A stretch of 51,769 nt of DNA, the filler included, from Porpidia crustulata (taxonomy: Eukaryota), in NCBI GenBank assembly GCA_964255105.1. It is 2 parts of 2 records of this genome, joined end to end, with 100 filler letters (N's around TTAATTAATTAA, not from the genome) between each part and the next. Parts side by side here need not be neighbours in the genome. Positions count along the whole stretch, not along the records: positions 1 to 25,860 come from CAXUWE010000043.1; 1 more part is not named here. One strand, written 5' to 3'. Numbering within the stretch: position 1 is the first letter of the stretch; the number at the start of each line of letters is the position of its first letter. Under the pieces are notes generated by a model. It was not told the DNA's origin, searched no databases, and was given only the letters and a program-made list of their open reading frames with translations. Position numbers and translations under genes: made by a program. Of the stretch, positions 11,270-23,370 are shown one piece after another.

Positions 11270-12966
11270 TTAAACATGTAACTCCAAGGTCTTGATAGTG
11301 TCTAAGTGATCATGATATGGTCCCAACGCGGTATCCACTTCACCTCCGAGTTGCGTGAATTTCTCGACCTGCTGGGCAGCCCGTCCTGTGAATGTGTTTG
11401 GGTCTAGAAGAACGTCTAAATTGCCATGTATTGGTTCGAAGAAGTCGCACTGTCTGATTCGATCGATTAAATCATTATCCCTACCGCGCTCCTTCACTAG
11501 CGCGGCAGCTTCATTCGACAGAACACCTAGGAAATCAGTTCTAGGAAACCCAGGTTGCACGGTGGATATACTGACGAATTTCCTCGTGCGCATCCTGTCG
11601 ACTTAAACCCTTGTGTACGCATTCCATGATTATGTTCTCTGTGGCCATCTGTTGATATTTAGCCAGGGAAAGCCGACCTGGTCGAGGGTTGCTTACGAAT
11701 GGCAATTCAGCTTCGATCCTCCGCTTTATGACCTCTTCATAGACGACGAGGCCAGCAGTAATGTTCAACAGCAGGATTAGGCAAGCGTCTGCACATAGAA
11801 ACGACTCGGGAATGGTAATGCGCCGTATTGCGCTGTCATCCAAGCTCATCTCAAGCCATTGCGCTGAATAGGTGTCGAGCGCCTCTTTGGGTTTGTTTCG
11901 TAGGTATCGTCCGAGTGAACAAAGACGCTCCGCGCGCATCGGGTTGCGTTTATAGGCCTGCCTCGAAGTTGGCATGATCCCGCAAGATGGAAGTTAAGAC
12001 ATACCATAGCACTGCTACCAATCTGGTCCAGCTCAAATGGCTCTTCCAGTTCCTTGAACACTGCTAGATGGCGGATATCTCCACCTACTCTCTCACACGT
12101 CGCACCGAAGGAGCCAAGTGCGTTTAGAATGTCAACGTCAACTTTGCGAGAATAAGTCTGACTGGTTATGGTGAAGACGGATTTGAATCCAGCCTTTTGA
12201 GTAATTAGCTCATCCAGTTGCTCTACCTTTTCATGATCATTATTAAATATCTGCAGAAACGAGGCTTGCGTCCCCGTTGTGCCTTTTGCGCCGCGAAAGC
12301 GAAGCTCATCCCGCGCTCTTTCCAGATTTCGAAGGTCCATGAGCAGATCTTGTATCCACAGACAAGCTCTCTTTCCAACCGTCGTCGGTTGGGCGGGTTG
12401 TCCATGGGTGTATCCTAAGCATGCTAAACCCTTATGATTCTTGGCGAAAGCAGAAAGCTGAGCTACAACCCTCGCGAGATTAGGAAGTAATAGATCAAGG
12501 CCTTTTTTCATGGCAATCAAATCACTATTGTCCGTACAGTAGGGAGAAGTTGCGCCCCAATGGATAATGCCCGCTGCGGCCGGTGCTACTTGGCCAAAGA
12601 CGTGCACATGGGCCATCACATCGTGCCGCCGCCTTTTTTCTTCTGCTGCGGCCGCATCAAAGTCTTCGTCTGTGATTCTTACGTGCGCTTTCATTTGAGC
12701 AATGGCCTCGTTGGTGATGGGGAGACCAAGTTCTAGTCTCAGTTAATGCCGAGTCCAGACACTGGAAATGAATCTGTACGTTTTTGGGCTTCTGCCAGCC
12801 ATAACCAGAGCTGTCGCCAGTTTGAGTAGCGGGAGCGCGGTGAGAAAAGAATTTTCATCTGATCGCCTGGAAACTCCGCCTTCAGTCATGGCCTGTTTGG
12901 TGTGAACAGGGAAAGCTTACCAGCATATCTCGAGTTGAACGGTGTTTGATACACATCGTTTGCCAT
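11270..12966 (-). CDS. ade13: Adenylosuccinate lyase (eukaryotic type), spliced
   Basis: [15 protein letters not shown]..., [25 protein letters not shown] (catalytic His), [38 protein letters not shown] (catalytic Ser loop), [18 protein letters not shown]. Confidence 0.96.
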
Positions 12967-13210
12967 TTCATGCAAACTCGAAGACGAAAAAGCAGCTAGA
13001 GCTGTAGCCTCTCTGCTGGCACCAGACACAAAACAGCGTTACCCAGCTAATTAATGGGCTTCGTACAAACTTGGCTTGAAAGTCTGTTGAATAGATCGCG
13101 CAGGAAAGTGAAAATCGACCGATACCTTTTGGAAAGAAAGGAGGTGCCTAGATAAGTTGTCCCACTGGTTGAAGCTCGGCTCGGCGCCTTTCCACCCGAA
13201 TACTACTGTT

Positions 13211-13232
13211 AATGCAATGCAATGCAATGCAA
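13211..13232. repeat. (AATGC)x4 microsatellite in the divergent lyase/BVMO intergenic region
   Basis: AATGCAATGCAATGCAATGCAA. Confidence 0.85.
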
Positions 13233-13825
13233 CAGGTCAAAACACGACCTGCAGCCGAGTACGGCCGGTGACGAAAGTGTCTCCGGGCAATCCCTCACCT
13301 TCTCCGCGCAAAAGTTGCGGCTACTCCTAAGCTACAGTAACTTAGCGTCGGCTATACACTGGGCAAGTCTGCTGAAGCACGCCTGCTACCAGATCTGGTA
13401 GAGGAGATCTCACAGCACCGTCTCCACCCCCACTCCGTAACATGGGACGTCATATGCGCAACTCTCAGATCCTCCAAAATTCCCGGAAGAGAGCGAGCGC
13501 AATAATGGTTTTCCTCCAACACCTCGCCGAGAGCTGCCGGGATGGTCAAGATATGCAGGCCTTATTTAGCAACTGCAAGATCCCAATGGTCACTTCTTTT
13601 GAGTTAACGCCTGCACCTGTAGATCCTGTCGTCGTTCGTCCGAGCGGGGATACGTACACCTTGTTCGGGGATATGTACTGTACACCTTGTTGAGCACTCC
13701 TCGAAACGGTACCTGTAATAACCTCTTGGCTGCTCATCAACATCGAGTACCCGTCTATCAAAGCCTACCTAAGCTTCGACCTACCCTCCATCGCTCACTC
13801 AGCTGTCCGAAACCCAGTCGCAGTT

Positions 13826-15769
13826 ATGTCACACAAACCCCCGTTCGAACATCATGCCGAGCAGAGAGACACGGTTAATCCGTACGCGGACAGTTTAGAC
13901 ATCGATGTGCTCATTGTCGGGGCCGGCTTTGGGGGCCTGTTTCTCCTTCACGAGATGCGTAAGGAAGGCTATCAGGTAGTGGTGTACGAAGCGGCAGGGG
14001 GCATAGGTGGCACATGGCGGTGGAATGTTCATCCTGGCTCGCGTGTGGATTCAGAAATCCCCGCCTACGAGCTATCGATTCCAGAGGTGTGGAAGAACTG
14101 GACGTGGAGCACGAATTTCCCAAATTATCAGGAGCTTCAAAGATATTTTGACCATGTTGATCAAGTCTTAAATCTGAGCAAAGACTGTGCCTTTAATACT
14201 ACAGTTGTCAGTGCGGAATTCAGTGAAGAAACAGTCAAATGGACTATCAAGGCTCGGGATGGACGTATCTGCAAATGCCGATTTTTCATCGTAGCTACTG
14301 GCTTTACTACTAAGCGCTTTGTTCCCGAATTCAAGGGCATTGACAACTTTCAAGGGAAGATGTATCATTCATCTGACTGGCCTACGGAGGACGTCGATGT
14401 TTGTGGGAAACGCTGTGCCGTTATCGGTACTGGTCCCTCAGGCGTCCAGATCGTGCAGGAATGGAGCCCATTTGTTGGTGAATTGAAGGTATTCCAGCGT
14501 TAGTATAACCTTGCCATCCTTTTCATACCGCCGTGATGGCTGACGGCTGCTGAAGGTACTCCGAATTTTGCTTTACCAATGGGGAGGAAGGAGCTTACTC
14601 CCGACGAGCAGAATAAGCTAAAACCACTCTATCCTAAACTATTCGCCCATCGTGAGCTGTCCTTCAGCGGTTTTACTGTGGATATGGAAGAGAAGAATAC
14701 CTTTGACGTCAGTCCACAGGAGCGAGAAGCCTTTTATGAAAGATTGTGGACTGAGGGCAGCTTTGCCTTTTGGCTTAGTAACTTCAAAGACTACCTACTT
14801 GATTACAAAGCCAACAGGGAAGCATACAGCTTCTGGGCTAGAAAGCAACGTGCTAAAATCCATGATGTGCGGAAGCGCGACATTCTTTGCCCCCTTGACC
14901 CTCCACCTCATTATCTTTTTGGTATAAAGCGGCCTTGTCTCGAGCAGAGATATTATGAGCAATTCAACAGGCCTAATATTGAAATCATCGACGTCTCTGC
15001 GTCATGTGCGGGTGAGAATGATATCGCGGAGTTCACTGAGACAGGCATTAGGATGACCGATGGGACCCACTATGACTTCGACGTTATCGCTCTTGCGACT
15101 GGCTTTGACATTACGACTGGTGCTATAACGGAGCTAGGCTTGCGGTCAATACGCGGGACTTGCTTGAAGGATGAGTGGAAGACGACCGCCTATAGCTATC
15201 TTGGCACTACTATATCTGGGTATCCCAACCTCTTCTACCTTTACGGACCACAGGGGCCGATGGTGCTGTCTAATGGAGCTGCAACTGTTGAGGTACAAGG
15301 TCGCTGGATTAGGGATGTAATCAAGAAGATCAACGCCCAAGGGCTCAAGTATATCGATCCAACGCAGGAGGCGACTATGGAGTGGAAGAAACGGATTAAT
15401 GAGTTGAGTCACGGGACTCTCTTTTCAACGGCACCAAGGTCAACATATATGGGCGGCGGTATTCCCGGCAAGGCCCCTCAGCAGGTGAACTATACCGGTG
15501 GGTTAGGAAAGTACAAGGGGGAGATTAGAGCGGCTTTGCCGGGATGGAAGGGGTTCAGGGTCGTGGCAGGCGCTGCACCTGGCACGGCGGCATGCGCAGC
15601 CCAAAGCACACCGACGGAAGTACCACAGAATATCAGAGCAGAAACTTCAACTGCGGGATGCTTACCAGAGAAGAACATTAAGGCCCCCTTGACCAACGGC
15701 TTTCATAAGTGGCAAACCGCTCCTTCGATGATGCAACCTCCGTCTCCTCTATATGAGAGCTACCACTAA
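13826..15769 (+). CDS. Type I Baeyer-Villiger monooxygenase (FAD/NADPH), 2 exons
   Basis: GAGFGG Rossmann motif, GGTWRWNVHPGSRVD, BVMO fingerprint FQGKMYHSSDWP, second Rossmann motif GTGPSG, FQR|TPN across an intron at about 14499-14555, KRP, ATGFD. Confidence 0.93.
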
Positions 15770-16103
15770 TTCCTGCCGTCTCCTACCGTGTAGCCTCCTC
15801 AACTCCTTTCCTGTCGGCATACCGCGCACGCCTGTCTAACTAAGAAACGGAACAAACCATGGTCCCTGTGGCCGTGCCCCTTCCACCGCACTGCTTCTCC
15901 CCCCATCTATCTCGTTCCCTGTCGCACTAAACCCAACCAGCATTCGGACAGCCAACTAACGTACCGGCGCGTACGACATTTGTGAGACTGGACCTGCCGG
16001 ACTATGGGCAATCAGATCTAGAAGGGCATATGTAAATAAACGGATTCTGGAACAATCTATATGCGTATAATCTCTCTACATTGTGAGGTACTGCACCATC
16101 TTC

Positions 16104-17699
16104 TCATCTAACAATCATAGCCTCCCTTTCTGGACCCGTGCCGATCCATTTGACCTTGACACCGACGAAGCCCTCTATAAACTGTATGTAATCCCGTGCC
16201 GCCTGAGGCAGTCGATTATATTCCGTGCAGCTTGCGGTCGTCTCCTCCCAGCCGGGGAATGTCCTGTATGTGACGCTAACCCTGTCCAATTTTTCCATAT
16301 CGGCTGGGAAATCTTCCAGTACCGCTCCGTCAAGTGTATACCCCACCGCGACCTGCAGCTCGTCAAATCCATCCAAGATATCCAGTTTCGTCAGATTCAA
16401 CGCCGTGTAATGGTTGATGGCGCAGGAGTAGCGCAGGACAACGAGGTCGAGCCATCCGCATCTGCGCCTGCGGCCCGTGGTCACGCCGAATTCGCCGCCG
16501 AGCCGCTGCAGCGTGTCGCCCACGTCGTCGAAAAGTTCGGTCGGGAAGGGTCCGGGGCCGATACGCGTCATGTAGGCCTTGACTACACCGATGATTTCTT
16601 TGATTCGGAAGGGGTTGATGGCGAGGCCGGTGAAGACGCCACCGAGGCCGGTGTTGGAGGATGTGACCATGGGGTAAGTACCTGTTTTAGCGGACAGAAG
16701 ACGTTAGCTTGTTGCGACTACGGTTGGACATTGACCGCCACTATCTCACCGTGGTCGATGTCGAGAAGCAGCGCGTTCGCGCCTTCGATCAAGATTCGTC
16801 CACCTTGGTCTTCCTCCTTTTGTATGAGTGGCACTTGGTTGACAATAAACGGGCCCAGCCGCGTCCGATACTGGTCAAAGCGCTGGATCTCCTCCTCGAT
16901 ATCATACTGCAGAAGGTCTCCATATCTCTTCTGCCAGCCGCTGGCCAGTGTCCGCAGCTTTGCATTCATCAAGTCTGCATCGTTGATATCGCCCACCCTC
17001 ACACCACTTCGAGCCGCTTTTGTGGAGTAGCAAGGCCCAATGCCCTTTTTCGTCGTCCCTATTTGCGCGGCGCCCAGCTCCTTCTCTTCCAGGTTGTCCA
17101 CGCGCTGGTGGAGATCGAAGACGACGTGCGCGCGATCGGAGACGAACAGTCGTCCTTTGGCGTCGACGCCAGCTTTCTCGAGTGCTTCGAGCTCGTCGAA
17201 GAATTCGCGGACGTTGATGACGCAGCCGCCGCCGACGAGATTGCGGGAAAAGGGCTCCAGGAGACCGGAAGGCAGCAGGTGGAATTGGTACGCCTTCTTG
17301 TTGCGGTCGGCGTCGCGCCGTACCACGGTGTGGCCCGCTATACTGTAGTCAGCATCAATCGACTGTGTACTGTGAGCTAGAGCGGACCATTGTTGCCGCC
17401 ACTGTGTCTCCAGATCAGCTCCTGGCTACATCACCAGCAATGACATGGATGCTACTCACGCAGAACGTGCACAGAGATTGAATTCGCCGGAACTGATCAG
17501 CACGTCTATCAATTTTCCCTTCCCTAACGCACGTATGAGCTCAGAAGGGCGTCTGCCGAGTCTCTTGGTCGTCTACCTTCGTCGCCCAACTGTGGGTAGT
17601 CGAGGGTTAGCTTTGACCAGTATCTTACAGCTCCGTGTGTGACTTCTGATGGTGGAATCTAAGCCGTACCTGTGTACCTAGAACTATAGTGCTGCCCAT
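16104..17699 (-). CDS. ade12: Adenylosuccinate synthetase, 6 exons including two micro-exons
   Basis: Exons 17699-17670, 17589-17577, 17523-17460, 17401-17388, 17337-~16750 and ~16681-16104 give [96 protein letters not shown]. Confidence 0.95.
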
Positions 17700-18350
17700 A
17701 TCCCAAGCGCTACCGCGCGTGTGGCGCGTTCTTCTGCGGGCCCGTCTCAGCTTTGTTCAGAACGACAAAGATTACCGTAAAATCTCAATAAGTGGCCACA
17801 GAGGGATGATGCACTTCATTACAGACAGTGCGGCCGATGTGGAATCCAATGGTCAATAAGAATAACAATGAAAAAGAGGCACTGGTCACATCTCCGCTGT
17901 CTGTGTGCTTGCGTTACTCTGCCCCGCTACCGAGTGTCTCCGTTGTGGGCGAAAGTTCCAGCTATAAATGCGTGCTAATGTAGGTACTTCACAGTAGATA
18001 TGCGACATGCGACATGCCTGCTCAGGTGTGCTTCCAAATGCATGAGTAACCTGCCTACAACGTCCGGACGAAGTATCTTCTAGCGCTATCCTCCCCCCAC
18101 ACGACATCCTTTCCGTGTATCCCGGATTGAAGCTTCAGGCTCTACTTTTGTATTTACCCCTCCCAGTCATATCTGCACCAATCGTGCACAGAGTGTAGGC
18201 GGCAGGAGGGAGCCGTGCAGCTTAAATGCCTAGGTACATGACTTGTCGGACTTCATCGGCTGAAATGGAGGTGGACGTGCAAAGACAGAAGCAGCTCTAC
18301 AATATATCCAACCGTGAGCATTCATCCTCTGTTATCCACGACGACTAAGA

Positions 18351-19467
18351 ATGGTTCCTAAGCATACGTCGTCGTCCTTGGCGACTCGAGCCCCGGCCGA
18401 GAAATCGAGTCCTCTACCGCTCTCTGTGACGCCATCACCCCAAGAGCTTTCAGATCAGCGCCTTTCATGGAGAAATCTCGAGCTGGCTATACGAGCACTT
18501 CACCGCGATGGACTTGTGGTCATTGAAGACGCAATTGACCATGCCAAACTTGACTTCCTTAACCAGAAAATGATCCAAGATGCGCTGGTCTTGCAGTCGG
18601 CTGGCGACGAAAGCCCTTATAACTTCAACAAAGGGTCAGTCTCTTCATTTGCACTTGCTGGCTTGCTATTGACAGGCCCTGACTAGAAATCTTCAGCAAG
18701 ATCCGCCAATGACGAGTCAATACTTCGAGCCGAGCATTTTCCTCAATCCGCTCGCCACACAAGTAACTTCTACCATCCTCGGGCCTCGACCCAGGCTATC
18801 CTTTGTCTCTGGTAACACAGCCCTACCACCAGTACCTGGAGTTCCTCCTCAGTCGCAACCGATCCATTCGGATTGCGATTTTGACCATCCCAACTGTCCG
18901 TTCGCGCTGGCTGTCAACGTACCTCTTATTGAGATGACTCCTGAGAACGGTAGCACTGAAGTATGGCTTGGCACTCACGTAGGGTCAGGCGTTTTGGCTC
19001 AGGAGGTAATGCCTGGAGACAGAGGCGGCACTCGAGTCAAGTCTAACTTGCTCGAAGAACGCGCCATGGAACGACCACCATCACAACCGACGATTAAGAA
19101 AGGGTCGATCATCATCCGCGACTTACGCTTGTGGCACGGTGGGAAACCAAACTGGACGAAAGACGCTAGGGTTCTGCTCGCGATGATTCACTGGGCTCCT
19201 TGGTATCGGTAAGCTGCACCCGCTTTCACTATTGTTCTAACATTACACTGAGAACCGCAATCAAGGAGCTCAATGCATGTGGAATTTGCAGAAAGCCTGC
19301 GGCCTATACTCGATGCACATAGGTCCGACTTGCAAATCCAAAGCACCTTTATGCCAGAGGAAGACATCTACAAACGTTATTTGAATCGTCCTTATGGTCA
19401 CGCCTATGACTTCGACCAAACTGATCGTTTGGAATTTTTTGATCAGCAGCAGGAGCAGACCATATGA
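18351..19467 (+). CDS. PhyH-family Fe(II)/2-oxoglutarate dioxygenase (kanamycin B dioxygenase KanJ-like), 3 exons
   Basis: LHRDGLVVIEDAI, PYNFNKG|NLQQDPP, QPIHSD (HxD), NVPLIEMTPENGSTEVWLGTH, RDLRLWHGG (distal His), R..LAMIHWAPWYR. Confidence 0.9.
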
Positions 19468-20896
19468 CATCGGGTTGAGAACCTTTTGCGTGCGTTTCCT
19501 AAGGATCCCAGGGAGGTTCGCAGCCAACAGGTTTGAGCGACATTACGCCCCCAAATTAGCACTTTACCCATAAGAGAGTTTGTGAGGACATTGCATGCGC
19601 AAAACCGGGTCAAACCGAAGTAGCGTATTTGATATATCGTCCCGAATAGATAGACCGACCGTGAGGGTGTTTGTATCTAGACAGACGGACGGTACCTATC
19701 CAGACTGTCTTGACGGTCTGGCTGGTCTGGATAAGGTAAGGAACATATTAAAGGTGGAGGGAATTACTGTAGAACTAGACAAATAAGGGTTGTAAGAGAT
19801 ATCTGTAGCAGATACCAGACACCTTTCAACCTCCCTGTCGCTCTACAAAGGCTGCACCCGTAAAGAAACTGACGGCGGTAGAAAATCCCTTTTCCACCGG
19901 TACGGGATACGGGCCAATTCCGCCTTGAACCAGGCAATTACCCCCTCGATATCTTCTCCCGAATACACCCACACATCCCCACCAATCCACGCACCCCACA
20001 CTCCTTATTTCTTGACCAAAAGAGAGCCACCTACGAACAGTAAGCTCGATCATCTCATTAGTGTTGAATATGCCCGAAATGCCATTAAATGCTGATTGAA
20101 GCACAGTGCCTACACCATTTCCTCCAGAGTCGGCCGATCGTACAACAGTTATTCTGTGGATTGTACAACAAATGGCCTCATTCTACAATGAAAATGGGAA
20201 TCTGTGCCCACCGGAACCATGATTGCAAACGCCGAATTGTTGAACGTCTCTCGAGCTAGTCTCGAATACATCTCTCTCAATACGTTTGAAGATAGTCTCG
20301 GAAGTGCCGTTGGATGCTATGTTTTGGGTTGCATTAGAATCGCTCAGGATAAGGAAAAAGAGAGACAGGTTAGCTTTTTCCATCTTTAATGTGCATTTCT
20401 GTGATTCTCAGGCTCGTAGCATATGCGAGGCTCATTTCTGATACTTTACCAATTTAATATTTTTCACAGAAGTACCCTTGGCTGCGACAATCGGCATCTA
20501 CATTCCCGAATCCTTATCTAAACTCAAGTGATAGTCGTGTCAATTGGCCTTTTTCTTCGTCTTCTGTACAGTCAAATTTCTCAAGGACGTCCGGGCAAGG
20601 TAGTACACGTACTAGTTTAGCAAAAAAAACCCAGTAAAATCACCCTGGCCATTATTATCTACACTTCTCTAATGCGTCGATTTTTACTGCTTCATTAACA
20701 ATAGCAACGTTTATTCAACGTTTGAAATGCGCCGGATGAGACGCATAAACCCTCGTCGCGTATAACTCGGTTATCTACTTTTACCATTGACTTCCGGCTT
20801 ACACCAACTGCATCGAACAAGTTTCGCCCACAGCATCAATTGCACGGTCCAGCTACAGTAGTGTTCAGGTGTCCACTCAAATCGAAACCTCACACA

Positions 20897-22623
20897 ATGG
20901 AAACGGATACCAAACCACGTAAGCACATGCATTCTCTTCCAGTCACTTCCGTTCACAGCGCAGCTCGATACAGAACCTCCGATAAAACTTCCTTCGCCTA
21001 TGTATCTGCAAGGGATCGATGGTCCGTCATGCTCGTACGTACCCTGCCTCTACAGTTATTATCCACAGCTTAAAACTTTCTGCGTAGACTGGAGTCATGG
21101 ATGATGTACAAAGAGCTATTCTCGCAGTAATTGAGCCAACCCAGCGCGATGAAGGAAAAAGGATCGTTGAGGGAATCTCACAGCTCAACTATGAGATACA
21201 ACACGACAAAAAGCTCACGTCAGTTGCTTCTAATCAAATCTCGTAATACGTTCTCATAAATGCATACCTTAGGCCGTTGCCGGACGATGGATGTAGCGAT
21301 AGAGTAGGATATAATAAGGAGCTGGAAGAACTTGGGACGCCCACATGGTTCGACATGCCCTGGCTTTATGCCGAGTGCTACATTTACAGGTTGGCAGCCG
21401 TGATCCCGCTTCTATGAAACTCTCTCATGACCCGGGATAAGATAGACGACTGAGCACATTATTTTCATTGTCGACGACATGGAAAGCTTATGACGTGTTC
21501 CACCGCCAGAAGACGGCTACATTCAAATCCTCTCGAGCCGCCGTCCTTGAGCTAGCGTTCAGGTACAAACACCTGATAAGCCAGATTGAGACGAAGCATG
21601 AAGCGGCAGACACCAGCTTGGAGGAGGTAGAAGAAGCTGAGAGGATAATATTCACCGAAATTTGCGAGATATGTCTCTGGGGTAATGCTACGGATTTGTC
21701 ACACTGGACTAATCTAACCTTTAACGATGTGCAAAGACTGCAAGGCTTAAAAGTTTGTAAGGAAGCGGAGAGAAATATCATCGTTAATGATTTACCGTTG
21801 GCATTTCAGGTACTTAGAAAGGCCCAAAGAAGATCAGCCAGCGGAGATCGACGAGTGGATATCGTCCTGGACAATGCAGGTTTCGAGCTCTTTGTGGATC
21901 TTATTCTCGCAGGTTATTTACTCTCCGCCAACCTTGCAACTACTATTATCCTCCACCCTAAGTCTATACCCTGGTTCGTATCAGACGTTATACCAAAGGA
22001 CTTTAGCGACCTTCTGAGCATTCTTGGCGATCCCCAAGCCTTCTTCATGACACCCCTTAGGGACGAGGACGAGAGGCACGCTAGGAAACCACTACAGCCG
22101 CTGTCGGAGCAGGAGCTAGATAGGCTGTCCTTTCTCTTCATTCAATTGAATCACTTCCTCGCCGAAGGGAAGCTTGTCATCCGTCAGAACCGATTCTGGA
22201 CCGAGGGAGGAAGCTACTGGCGATTGCCCAAAACCGAACCGAACCTTTTCGAAGACCTCAAAAATAGCGAGCTGGTAATCTTCAAAGGTGATCTGAACTA
22301 CGGAAAACTCACAGCCGACGTAAGTTCTCCTTCACACTGTGGATATCGCTCATCATCTGGCCTGACTGAACATGACCGACAAACTTGCATAGGCGATGTG
22401 GGATCCTACCACCCCATTCGCAGAAGCAATCGGACCCTTGGGTCCATCCTCTGGTATACGAACTTTGGCGCTACGAACATGCAAAGCCGACGTTGTCGTA
22501 GGTCTACCATCAGGCAAAGATGAAGAATTGCGCGCTACCGAGGGCGGAGGCGGAGAAAGTGGGAGAAAGTGGGCATGGAGTGGCAAGTGGGCTGTGATAC
22601 AGTTTTGCGATGGCAAAAAGTGA
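20897..22623 (+). CDS. DUF89/ARMT1-like damage-control metal-dependent phosphatase (subfamily III), spliced
   Basis: METDTKP|PRYRTSD..ARDRW.., PWLYAECY, YDVFHRQK, LWGNATDLS, IVLDNAGFEL (metal DN), PWFVSDV, FKGDLNY, LRTCK (RTxK motif), WAWSGKWAVIQF. The reading frame is intact across GT-AG introns. Confidence 0.92.
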
Positions 22624-23370
22624 GTGACTCGACGGGGACGGATATATATCTAGTTGTATGCCTAGAATCAGTTTCTATCTCAGATACGTGAAAATAGTCG
22701 ACCAGGCCGCTTTGGTATATATTCCCTTTCTGAGCTTCACCATTGCGAACTCCTTCCATTTTCTTGGCTCCGTCACCCCACAATTTGATATGCCGGTTTT
22801 GCATAGATGGCATTGCACACGTCCTCGTCCTTTGCCCTTTGTACACCGGTCACTGCCCGGGCTGGGCCAACGTTGAATCGGTTGACCCGCGGCTCACAGG
22901 TTGGGGGATACGCTACCTAGGGTCATATGGTGTATTTATCCAAGTGTTTTGTACTTGTGTTGGGTTGCGATGCACACGACGACGATGTTCGTTGTATTCT
23001 GCGTTCTGAGTGGCGGCTGCTTGGGTGCGTTGGTTTGAGCGTACGATTGTAAAGGGGCATGGTTTTTCTGGTCGGGTCGTTGCGACTAGATCATTACACT
23101 TTGGATCATCTTGGTCAAAATGTGTGAATAATAGTTATCTATATATAATCTAGGTGACCGCGTGCGACGTGGTTTTCTCCAAGATTCGCATGGTAGTAGA
23201 GGCACAGATAAACGTCGTCTTGATGGTATCGTTGCTTGAATATGTTGACCCTTATGTCGATGTCACAAGACCTAACGTTGACATCCATGAATCCAAAACT
23301 CTAGAGCCATGGTCATGCCCCCGACGTCGTTTCTCTAGGAATGGAATCCGCAACTTGAATATTACCGTGG

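Noticed and set aside
11270..15769. Lyase plus flavin monooxygenase as a CreD/CreE-type nitrous-acid (N-N bond) module
   Set aside because: The lyase is a eukaryotic Ade13-type ADSL that retains its nucleotide-phosphate-binding residues, and the flavoprotein has a type I BVMO fingerprint rather than CreE features.
16083..17380. Long plus-strand ORFs (315 aa and 223 aa)
   Set aside because: They are antisense shadows of the GC-rich AdSS coding sequence and carry no recognisable motifs.
19590..20400. Short ORFs and a small hairpin (TATCCAGAC...GTCTGGATA, about 19697-19733) between the PhyH and DUF89 genes
   Set aside because: There is no recognisable protein motif or element ends. It may be a relic, but the sequence alone does not support a call.
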